A stretch of 49,339 nt of DNA, filler included, from Dimargaris cristalligena (Eukaryota): NCBI GenBank assembly GCA_003614675.1. It is 2 parts of 2 records of this genome, joined end to end, with 100 filler letters (N's around TTAATTAATTAA, not from the genome) between each part and the next. Parts side by side here need not be neighbours in the genome. Positions count along the whole stretch, not along the records: positions 1 to 24,636 come from ML002582.1; 1 more part is not named here. One strand, written 5' to 3'. Shown here piece by piece: positions 11,401 to 22,075 of the stretch; the stretch's first letter is position 1, and every line of letters starts with the position of its first letter. The notes under the pieces were generated by a model. It saw only the letters and a list, made by a program, of their open reading frames with translations, had not been told where the DNA came from and ran no database searches. Both the position numbers and the translations under genes were made by a program.

Positions 11401-12632
11401 TTCGGACGGAATGGTGAAGCAAAGTCAGGAACGATAACAACATGAGTCATTCTGTTGATAGTGTAGAATGGGAATAGTCCAGGATACATTGGCACCGCAA
11501 GTTGAATTCTACAACCGAGTGGATATCAGATACAATGTCGTCTATATTTCAATAGAGTGTGGACTTACCATTATAACCCTCCATGGCCGACCTAATAGTA
11601 CAAGGTAGAACAGCCGAATTGACATTGTTGGGGAAGAGCGAATCCAATAAAAAGGAATTACAAATACAGCGAAATTGATTAGGCTATTACCAATACATCG
11701 ACAAATTCCGGTCCTATAAGCAAACGAACATTCAAAATCCAAAGAATCAACTTACTGGACGACGTGGGAAACACTTTGGCTATAAATGGCGAGGTTGTCG
11801 CTTCCATCCATCAACTGGTCTATTGAACACGGTTGCAGCGATAGATTCCAGATCCAAGGTAACACAGGCAATGTTAGTAACCATAGAAAAGAGAATACAG
11901 CCGTCCGGCCAACACAGAATCAATCCACCTCGGCCCGCAGTGGCCTAGAAAAGCCCGGGCTCTCTCGTGGACTCAGTTGTTTGGGCCGGGAATATCCAAA
12001 GATAGATTGATTTCGATAATATTCCAGGTAACTTGGGAATATTACCATGGGCCACCCTGCTTATCACGCATACGAGCGTGGTAAAAAATATAAATTGAAT
12101 CACCAACAACAACGGGACATTATGGAAGGGGTGGCAATAGGGAAGCGCTATTTGAAGCATAATATTCACGCTTAGAGACCAAATAGAGCCGGGGGGAGGG
12201 GGGGCTCGAGCTCGTCAAGACTCCCATATCGCCGAACCCTATTCTCCCCGGGAGCCCTCCCCCACTCTATTCCAAAAGGACACATTCCTCCCAGCATGCA
12301 CCACATGGCAAGGGTTCAATATCAAATATATATATATATATATATATATAAAGTGGCCCATTTAGAGTAGGTACGGGGCACTTACCAAAAGTAAAATCGG
12401 CGATGGGTTTCCGCATGCGTTCGGCAAATTCCGAGGCCAGGGCGATTTTATTGGCCAATGGGTCAATGTCCCACGTGGGAAACAGGGTGGCCACCTCCAA
12501 TTCCTGGGCATTGGGCGGCCGTACCCGCACGGTGACTTGGACATTCTCGGTTTTTATCGGCGGTTTGTTAGGCACGAAGGGTGAGGTCGGCGAAGAAAAG
12601 CCCGTGGAGGAACGTCCGCGAGTGACATTCAT
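8457..12632 (-). CDS. Kinesin motor protein, kinesin-7 family (Kip2/Tea2/KipA/CENP-E-like), 8 exons, 841 aa
   Basis: Exons 12632-12386, 11819-11756, 11591-11569, 11385-11150, 10954-10873, 10689-10622, 10457-9696, 9500-8457. All introns GT..AG with consistent phases; total 2526 nt. Motifs [28 protein letters not shown] (P-loop), [17 protein letters not shown] (switch I), LIDLAGSE (switch II), [14 protein letters not shown]; post-motor LLQKYRLEI coil; C-terminal coiled coil. Confidence 0.92.
12327..12350. repeat. (TA)12 microsatellite in the first coding intron of the kinesin
   Basis: Direct read of the TA run. Confidence 0.9.
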
Positions 12633-12645
12633 GGTAGGCTAGTAT

Positions 12646-12685
12646 AATAGAATAGAATAGAATAGAATAGAATAGAATAGAATAG
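12646..12685. repeat. (AATAG)8 pentanucleotide microsatellite just upstream of the kinesin ATG
   Basis: Eight perfect AATAG units; reads (CTATT)8 on the kinesin sense strand. Confidence 0.95.
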
Positions 12686-15367
12686 AGGTGGGTGAATGAG
12701 TGGGGAGTTAAGCAAACTTGAGAGAGTTGGACCGCAAGTAAACGGAATGGGTCTGGTAAAAACCCAAGTTCGGTTTAAAGGTTATAGTTGCCTGAGTTCC
12801 AATGGGTAAGGAAGAGGGGGGACGATGTATATTATGTACAGAGAAGTGGGAGGGTGTTCTAGCAGTCGGAGTTTGAATGAGGGCTGGATTAAGAGTAAGA
12901 CTAGTAGGTTCTAATAAGATTAGGAGGAGAGTAGAGTAGAGTAGGCTGAGGTAGGCAACCGAATGAAGAAAGGGTAAGCTAAGAGACAAGGGAGGGCTGG
13001 ACCCACTGAAGACTCCCGGGCCAAAGCAATAGGGTTAGGGAGTGAGCTGGGACGAAACGCCTGCTGCTGGTCAAGGCTATACGACTAGGAGGAAGTGGCC
13101 GTAATATATCTCTCTCCCAAGCAACAATACTTCCGAGGGCTCGAAGGGGAAGAGTAGAGACTTTAAAGAGACTATCGCAGGTGAGACGTAAGAAAGAAAG
13201 GAAGAGTGGATTTTTTTGAAATAAACCGCCCGGGAAAGGGGGAAAAGGCTGGGCTACACCACAGAGTATAGACTTGGGCCCGGTTGGTTTTAGCCGACCA
13301 CCTGGGATACTAGGGTAGGCGTGGTGTATTAGCGGGAAATAGGGAGGTGAGAAAAAGGCTCCTTCAAGCTGGGCTATTTACTCTCCCGACTGAACCCACA
13401 CGTCAACAAGTCGGGTGAATGGGGGGGATCGTTTACTCTCAAGCCTTAGTTAATTAACTGGGGCACCGCACCCAGGTTACCGAAACGACAAGCCGAAGAA
13501 TAGCTAAAGGGTGGGGGGGGCGTGTCTATATAGATATATATAACAGTAACGCCGCCACTCCTGTGACTAAACCGGAGGAAATAGGAGTGGACCGCGTTGG
13601 AATTCCAACGAAGCAGCGCGGGGCACCGGGTTGGGAATTCCGAGTTTCAAAAGGGCCCAGAGAAGTCACGTCGGCGGAGGTTGAATCAATAGCCACAGGG
13701 GAATAGAAGGAAAATTCAACGGAACGAGCGAGCGGACGAACGAACGAACGAAAGAATGAATGAATGACTGATACGAAACAAGTGGCATACCCATGTACTA
13801 AGCACGAAAAAAGGAAACCCTTATGTAAGAGGGCAGTGAGTATATATATATATTATTTATTTATATATATCTCTATGCCTTGGTTGATGTACTAGGGAGT
13901 GTGTGCCAGGGAGCAGCTGCCCATCATCACTTTGCCTCCCCCAATAAAAACTATGACTAACTTACCAGGTCCAGGTTAATCTAAGTCCCCAGCCGACATG
14001 TAAACCAAAAACCACCCGTCGGTTAGCTGGTAATGTTGTAACTCTTCCCGGCTATGACGCGTGTCTCCGGCGCACGGGGAGGGATCATTCGACGGAGAGA
14101 GAGAAATAGAGACATACCCAAACTGGCCGACGCCTACACTGCCGAATAATCACCAGGGGTAATGGCATAATAGGGAGAGTCTTCCCCCCCCATTGTAGGT
14201 CGCGAACGAGTTCTGCATCACGGTGCGGTTCGACGCTTAGCCATTCACCCCCCTCCTACTTTACCTCATTCTTTCCCCGCACCCTTCTCCCTCATTCACT
14301 CACTCATCTACTTTTCTAATGTCTATTCACCAGACTTGGCGTATTATCTCGAATGGCTTCATGTTGACGTCTCCCTCCTTCTTCCCCCGCCTTGACCCGA
14401 ACGACACCCGACCGTACGAAGCGGGTAAAAAGGAACAAGAAGAGAGAGAGAGAGAGAGAGAGGTGAGAGAAGGGGTGTGATCGACTAACCCGTAGGGTAG
14501 GCCCCACCTCGCATTGGATTGCCCTTTTGTTTATCTCCTGACCATTATTGTTATTATTTACCATATCCCTTCGTTTGTTGAGATTTACCGACTGTGTCTA
14601 ACGAGGGTGGGGCAGTAGAGGGGATATTCAAACGAATGCTATATATATATTTGCGTATATATAGAGAGAGAGCAAGAATATGGATACTTGTGCGTGTGTA
14701 TTTGTGGCCGACATACTTAAATTAATCGTGCTATCACTTGCGATGGGGATTCGCCGCCTACTTGCAATGCTGGTGGTGTATCCAGCAAGCGGGCTGTACA
14801 GAATGGGTAGCTGTCAACACCGTATATAGGCCCCAGCAACCCGGTTCAAATATAGGTGTATATACATTGCTCTCGCGCATCCGAAGATGTTCAGATAATA
14901 AGTGGTGTTGAGCGTAAAACTCGGAATGGGGAAGCTGTTGGCGATACCAGCGGATCGGGATTACCCTCCTTCGTCATAGACTCGCCCTTACCGTAACACC
15001 TAGCTAAGCCCAAGGCGCAAAAGTATAGAAGAATATAGAACCATCTAGGGTGTTTACTTATTATTTTTGACATGCCCTTGTTTGGATTATCATTAAATTG
15101 ATAAGTGAAGGGGGGCGGGGGAAAAGCAAATAAATCAATAAACGGATTGTGAAACCCATTTCCTGTTGGGGGCAGAGATGCGCAGAAAGTAGTTGGGGAT
15201 GGGTGTGAAAAATGAAAATAAAATTAAAAAAATGTGGGCTACCTATCCCTTAACTAATGGTAATATTAGTCGATTTACATGCCCAACCCCCTCAAACAAC
15301 GCCACGTATGGCTCGAAAATGGCATTGACAAAACTCCCGCAGGTCCATAATGACGGCGGTAATCTGA

Positions 15368-16916
15368 TCATATGGGCACAATGTGACATCTGCAGGCCCG
15401 TTAGGCATAATACAATTAATGGGATAAGACCACACAATTCGAATGGGTATCGTTAGTAATCGCCAGGGATGTTAATAGGCGCGAGGCATGTCCACCTCGC
15501 TACATTGATTATATGCCTGTCTATATTCACATATACTCCCCGTATTTACATAAGCCAAGCTGGCCACCAAAAACTTACCCTAGAAAGCCGTTACCCTCCC
15601 AGGGACCGGGTACCAGCTCCAGTTCAATGGTCGTTTCAGCCGGTGACGTAGTGGTGGATGTGCGCTGGATACGGAGGGCCAGGGGTTGGTTGAGCGACTG
15701 GTACACTTGACCGGGTAACGCCTGCAGATTCTCGTGGTTAGTGTGGTCAATACCACCAAAACGAAGGAGGCGGTCATTCTTAACCAGGCCCTTAGGGTAT
15801 TAAGCCAATAAGGGGGTTATAATAATAAAAAAATACAGTGTGGAGTAATAGCGAAGGAGGGGGGGGCGAAGTGAGTCAAGGATCTAAATAAAGTTTAGAA
15901 TTACTTAACCAATGTCCAACAATCAACTTAAACTTATCGTATGGATGCCCTTTTCGAATACAATGAAGGGAAGGGAAGTGGGCGGGGTAGACTATACAGA
16001 CACGGCTACAGACTCAAAATTTAAGCTGTATGATAATGAAGCACTTACCGCGCGTTCAGCAGGTGAATTCCGGGCCACGCTATTGATCACGGCAAACGGC
16101 AGAAGGATGCTCTCGGCTAAAACGAAGATGGAAATGCAAATAGGATTACCACCTTATTGAGCTAGGTCAACTAAAATCATCTAGCTCAAGAAGGATACGG
16201 AGTCCAGCTACCACACGAAAAATTCATCATCATCACCATCATCATCAAACCAACTCGTGAAGTGCACTATAAACCCAGATAGGTATATATCCAACTTACG
16301 TGTTTCGGATTTCGGGGGGGGCTGAACCGCGGTGGCCTGGGCCTTGCTATGAACCTCATACAGGCACTGTTCCATATCGGCCATCAACTGCTTCAAATCA
16401 TTCCGCAGTTTAAGGATTTCGACCCGGATAACCCGGACAGCCGACACGTCGATATCCGCCCGGGGAAACCCCTCCGCATCGATCAGGGGATCATTAAGCC
16501 CGACCCCTTGCTAAACAAACCGCCGGTCCGAGTTTACCAACCGTCCATAATAAATAAATAAAAAACAACAATCATTATGTTAAGGGCGGTTTAGACAGGG
16601 TCAGTCGGGTAACTAAAGTGTGCATTCCGAATGTGGCCAAACCTACGAGACCAGGTGGTCAAGACTCCCTCCCCCCTCTCTTTTTATTTTTTCACTTAAT
16701 TGCCTGGCTTACCTTAGCTACTCCACCTTTGTCGCAGCCCCCATCTCCTTATTTTCTCCATTTCTGCGTCTGTGTCTATCCCCGCACTATCCCAGTTCCT
16801 GTGTTTATTATTCGGCGACTTAGCTACCTACTTACCTTGTGAAGCGAGGCTTCGAGAGTCCGGAGCTGGTTCTCGATAATGTCTTTTCGGTCAAGGAGTT
16901 CTCGAGCGGCGTCCAT
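15368..16916 (-). CDS. NAS2: 26S proteasome regulatory-particle assembly chaperone Nas2/p27 (PSMD9), Nas2_N plus PDZ-like domain, 5 exons, 197 aa
   Basis: Only partly represented in the ORF track. Exons 16916-16836, 16510-16300, 16116-16049, 15790-15579, 15389-15368 (594 nt; GTAAG donors, AG acceptors, phases consistent). Translation includes MDAARELLDRKDIIENQL, GVGLNDPLIDAEGFPRADIDVSAVR...LRND, PFAVINSVARNSPAERAGL, and LVPGPWEGNGFLGCHIVPI*, all typical Nas2/PSMD9 motifs. Confidence 0.93.
16677..16835. repeat. Left arm of a perfect 159-bp inverted repeat (first 159 nt of NAS2 intron 1)
   Basis: Base-by-base reverse complement of 16934-17092. Its inner end is the G of the intron-1 GTAAGT donor. 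Confidence 0.95.
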
Positions 16917-16933
16917 GGGTGTAAGAGTTATTT

Positions 16934-17092
16934 GTAAGTAGGTAGCTAAGTCGCCGAATAATAAACACAGGAACTGGGATAGTGCGGGGATAGACACAGA
17001 CGCAGAAATGGAGAAAATAAGGAGATGGGGGCTGCGACAAAGGTGGAGTAGCTAAGGTAAGCCAGGCAATTAAGTGAAAAAATAAAAAGAGA
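16934..17092. repeat. Right arm of a perfect 159-bp inverted repeat (NAS2 5' leader/core promoter)
   Basis: GTAAGTAGGTAGCTAAGTCGCCG...TAAGTGAAAAAATAAAAAGAGA is the reverse complement of 16677-16835. The 98-bp spacer holds NAS2 exon 1. Confidence 0.95.
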
Positions 17093-17722
17093 AAGAAGAA
17101 ATCTGGTCTCCGAATGGGATAGCGAAAGGGGAAGGGAATAAGGTGTAGGGTGGAAGTAATTCGGGGCTGGAAGCTACATAATGTGGATAACAGACGCCTA
17201 TTGGTATCATGTATTTAGGTCGTGGCTGATTAATCAATAGTCTATCCCAGTCGACCATTACCTCCTATACTAGTATGCCCCAGAACATTACACCAATTTT
17301 AGCAATGTATACAACGGCCAGTACTTTAATGTTCAAAAACGAAAAACGGTGGGGTAAGACGGGTCCACAGTTTAATGGCGTATTTAAAAAAATACCTAGA
17401 TTCAAGTGGTTTCCACGGACTAAAATCACCCTTGGGGTGAAAGCTCGCTGGTAAGAATCCATCAGCGTCACAATAAACGTTTACAAATTGGTCAAAAGTG
17501 AGGAAAGCCAGTAAGAGCGACAGGCACTATATGGGTTTTCTTCAAATAAACTAATAATACTAATAAAAACAATTGTGATAAATGAGCCCTCATTTGAAGG
17601 ACCAGAGTAATCACTAATGTTTGTGCGGCCTATAAGTATAGATCGAAATAAAGTACTAGACACGTATAAAAGTATAAAAGGGGGGGGGGTCCAAAGCTAA
17701 GGGCGACGGGAGGCCATTTCAC

Positions 17723-20058
17723 TTAGTAGGGCGCAAATTCGCTATCGGTGTCGCCCTGGAGGTCAGCGCTAGTCACGGATCCAAAGGACCGGGTCTGTTC
17801 AATGTAGTGTAGAGCATTGGTCACCTGGGGAAAGAACATTTGCGGACCAATCTTCGCAGTCAGGCCGGAACGGTCGAAAGCCACGTAGAGCTGCGGGTGC
17901 AGCTGAACGAAACAAACCACAACCTTACGCAAATGGTAGGACTCGACAATTTCCTTGAGAATGGCAAGGGCGCTGGCGTCCACGTCAGGCATGTTCTCCA
18001 CATCAAATACCACCGCCTGGGCGGGGGCCAGGCGGGCCTGCTCGGACGGATGGACGGTCAGGTCACCGAAAAGCTCCAGGCGCTTCAAACGGGCCTGCAG
18101 TTGTCCGGTGTTGGCAAAGAAAAGGGGCTCCTCAATGCGTACCATCATGATACCTTCCACGTGCTCGACGGTATCAGGGAAGTCCGGCACGGGCGCGAAC
18201 TGATCCTTGGTACCGGTCACTCGGCCCAAAATGGTAATACGCGGAATGGTGGTCCTTTTGATCACCTTCATGAGAGATAGGGTGACGGCCAACAGGATGC
18301 CGACCTCCACCGAGACCACCATCGTGGCTCCAAAAATAAGGGAGAGCAGCACAATGTCACCCCAGGCACCCACCTGGTACAAAAATTTGAGCTCGCGGGG
18401 AGTCTTGGTGAGAAGCGACAGGGCAGTGTTAAAGATAATGGCACTGAGCACGGTCTTGGGTAGGTAGTGGAAGAACGGGAGGAGGAGGACGATGGTCAGA
18501 AGCACAATGGCACCCGATATGATACCGGACAACTGGGTCCGCGCCTTGGCCCGGTCATTCAGCCGACTGCGGGCCAGAGACCCGAAGGCAGGGAAACTGC
18601 CAAAGACGCAGCCCACCATATTAGCCATGCCTAGAGCGACGAGCTCACGGTTGGGCGAGACGGAATAGTGGTTCTTGCTGGCGTACTCCCGGGCAATAAT
18701 GATGGACTCGACGATACCGATAATGGAGACGAGCATCGATGAGGTGATAATGTCCTTGTAGAAGATGGGCTCGGGGAGCTGAGGCAAGGCAGGCATGGGG
18801 AAGGCAGCGTCGACATTTCCGAAAATGGCCAGGCCTTGCCGGTGCCAGTCAAAGATGTAGCAGAGAATAGTGGAAGCCAGTACGGTGACCAGGATTTCCG
18901 GGATCTGCTGCAGCCAATTGACCCGCTTGAACCGCCGTTTGACCAAAGTGGACAGAACTAAGAAGGCGATGCAGCCCACTGAGACCCAGAGGGTCAGGCT
19001 GTGGTGCTGGGAAAAGTGCTGAACCACAAACTTCACCCGGTCGATGGGACTAGCGTGCGTGGGCAAGTTCGAGGGAATACGGTCGAGACCGCACAGGGGA
19101 ATCATTTGGCCACAAATAATCACGAAAGCGACGGCGGTAACGAACCCACGCAGCAGGGCCTTGGACAGGATAGAGTCTAGAAAGCCGAGGCGGAAGATAC
19201 CCACGGCGAAGGTAATGGCGCCCACCAGAAAGCAGAGGATGCGGGCTATCCCCTGGGAGTCAAGCAGGCCCTCGCCATTGGCCTGGTGGTTGACGGTCTG
19301 CTGGTAATCGGCGACAATGGTACCGACGAGGGTGGAAATGAGGGCCTCGGGGCCCATTGCCAAGTGGCGCGAAGTACCGAAAATACCGTATATGAAGTTG
19401 GGGATAAGGGCGGTGTAGAGACCGTTAATGGGGTTAAGCTTGGCCAGCGACCCGTAGGACAGGGCCTGGGGAATGAGGAGGCAGGAAACGGTCAGACCCG
19501 CGCGTAAGTCGTTTTGCAGGTAAGACCATGAGTACTCGGGGAGCCAGCCGAAGATGGGCACGTAGTAGCGTAAACGAGTGGCGAAGCGGGCTATGGTGGA
19601 TTTGTCCCGGCTGGGACCCGATGGATCGCCCTCTTCAACAGTGCCAGGAGTGGAGAGACAGGGCTGCTCCTCATTAGGCTCGTCGTCCTCCTGGTTGGGT
19701 TCGAGTATAGGGGTAGTTCGAAAGCCGGGGGTAAGAGGGTAACGGTAATGGCCTTCGTCGCGGTCGCCAGTGCCCTGGGGGAGAGGGCTGAAGGAGACTT
19801 GGTGAAGGGAGGACCGGCGGGAGAGGAGCGAGCTAGTCGCTATAGTGGGCGGGGTGGGCGGAGTTTTATCTATGACGGGGGGGGGGAGAAGTAGGGGGAG
19901 TATACCAAAGCGGTTAGGATAAGCGGAGGGGCTGGGTCTAAGCAGGGTGGTGAATGACTTAAATAAGGTATGGACGGCGTGGCTTCGTTTAAAGGGAAAA
20001 CGGAGGTCAAACCGGCCTGTTTGACGACCACTGGGAACTTACTTGGTTGGTTAGCCAT
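17723..20058 (-). CDS. SulP/SLC26 sulfate/anion transporter with C-terminal STAS domain, 2 exons, 720 aa
   Basis: Exons 20058-20043 (MANQP+A, then GTAAG) and 19869-17723 (after ...TCATAG); the frame is open upstream of the track ORF. Motifs YYVPIFGWLPEY, DLRAGLTV...IPQALSY, GTSRHLAMGPEA, NRELVALG, RIEEPLFFAN, VFDVENMPDVDASA (STAS). Confidence 0.92.
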
Positions 20059-21963
20059 GTCAGCACGCAGGTATGTGCGAGGAAAATGACGAGAGGAGGC
20101 TTTACAAGCACAGACTATTCAAACAACTACCGAAAAGACAACAGAAGTAGAGAAATACACACAATGGGATTAGGGGAATGGAGGAAGGATAAAGTAGAGT
20201 AGAGGGAGTGAGTTTGGCTTATTTGAAAAAACAGAGGCTATATATGACCAGGGGCGTTTGCTAGGATAACCGCATGGAACGCGGACATTGAATATATGCA
20301 CAGTAGTGGCCAGATAGCGAGGTTATTGCAAGGGGAGAGGAGTCTTAATGAACCGCATATACTGCTCAAGGAGGCCGTGGATATTACAGAGCGGAGAAGA
20401 GAAAGGGTTGGAAATGATGAACAGTGGGGCCCCGGCCCACTGACCATTGTATTTATTAAGCCGCCAATCCACCCTCTGTTTCCGCCAGGGCTCTTCTCGC
20501 ATTCCCTTGTGAGCCTATGACGCCAGAATCTATCCACCCACCACCTCCCTGCTGCTTTTTTGTAGATAGTATGACCCGTCCTGGGGTGATTTATTATCCA
20601 CAACACTGGCCACCATGGAGCCCATCAACTAACAACCCCCGCCGCATGGATGGATATCAGGCTGTCAAGGATGGAAGGGTCCCTAGTGCCGATTTAAGAT
20701 CAGGTGGCGCTACTTACCAGAGCTGATTAGAATCGACCAAGAGCGCTGAAAAGGGGGCGATTTAGTTGCGGCGGATATTTACCTGGTAGGTGAGCGGGTA
20801 GGCTTTGATGTGGGATCGGGCATAGTGAGGGTGAGATAAACTTCAGGCAAATGACGGTCGAGGTTTCGCCGAATCAAATGCTATATATATATATCCGAAA
20901 AAAAATCCGATTAATAAAATAGACCAAGAAAAATTGGCCAATCGAAAATCAAGCTGTCGAGGCAGATGGAATGAGTATATGGGGTTGGGATCTAAAAGAC
21001 AGTCACCGCCCACCGATGCAGGTCAGCCAGGGGGCCACTGAGGTATTTCACTGGCGGACGGGGGGATTAGAACACCGCCAGGGTTGGGACCGGGTAACAA
21101 GCAAGGAGGTCAGTGCTGCAGGTACATGTCGTTAAGTCACGCGGTACATACGCATCGGAGGAAATCAGCGCTGGGGATAATGAAGACACTCCCTAGATCA
21201 CAAAGGACGGCTGTAAGAGGGGGGAGACCTCCTTCCACCTCCGTGAATACTCAGGGGTGTGATGGTGAGTGGCTTAGTGGTCAGGGAACCTGATTTATTA
21301 GGTCGAATTGGCCATGGTGGGAGGCTTTTATTGTGATCAATATTTCTAGGGGGAGGTGTTTCAAATGGACAGTAAGAAAGTAAAATTACAGAGAAAGAGC
21401 TGGCGTGTTTTGGCAGACCGCCCAGCCCAATGGGCCCAGAGACCAGCATGGTGTGAAGAAGTCGAAAGGGTGATCCTGGGCCGTAGTGTGGGTATTGGCT
21501 TGTGAAAGCCTTTAGCTAGGAACTATAATCTGTACCAGGTGGGTTAATGAGGCAGTACAGCACAGAGTGTCTAACCACCAACCGCCCATATAATGTGAAT
21601 GTAAGTCTAACGGCAACTAACGGCCCATAGAATTAAAGTGAGGCAAATTGCCATATTGGGACATCGAATGATACTGAGGCCCGCGAATGGCAGGCTGGGC
21701 TGGAATGGCCCCATAGGCCCAGGGAGCAGGTACTGCATTGGGTCACCCTGCAATACGGCGCTACTATTGGTTCATGCAAACCTCCTGGTGTGCCTTTAGT
21801 TCAATCATAGGGAACCCTTCACTTCTAATCAAATATCTATTCTATTCTATTCTGATGCGATATTGCTGACCCCCGCCCATATCGTCTGTCTAATAAGTAC
21901 TTGCCTACCGACGGCCGCTTGTCTAAGAGTTTATCTTCTCCTTTTTTCTCGCTTCTATTGTAT

Positions 21964-21973
21964 ATCACCCCAC
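21964..21973 (+). promoter_or_regulatory. Candidate sterol regulatory element, exact SRE-1 sequence ATCACCCCAC
   Basis: Exact 10-mer match to the classical SREBP site, ~100 bp upstream of the ERG6 ATG. It lies in C/A-rich sequence and function is untested. Confidence 0.35.
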
Positions 21974-22075
21974 CACCACTGCCCCAGCTTCACACTAGCA
22001 GTGCCTATTCTACCCAGTCCCAACTCCTCCGTTTAAGTCATCCGCATATACCCTCCCCCCACACTTACAAACACC

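Noticed and set aside
13031-13040. AGGGTTAGGG telomere-like motif
   Set aside because: Fewer than two full units; chance occurrence.
13720-13770. GAGC>GAAC>GAAT drifting tetranucleotide repeats; also checked as a CRISPR-like array
   Set aside because: Ordinary compound microsatellite. No repeat-spacer array was seen anywhere in the window.
16677-17092. Interpreting the NAS2 inverted repeat as a MITE or Pack-type transposon
   Set aside because: No target-site duplication, no recognisable TIR terminal motif, no second copy in the window, and the enclosed DNA is the resident in-frame exon.
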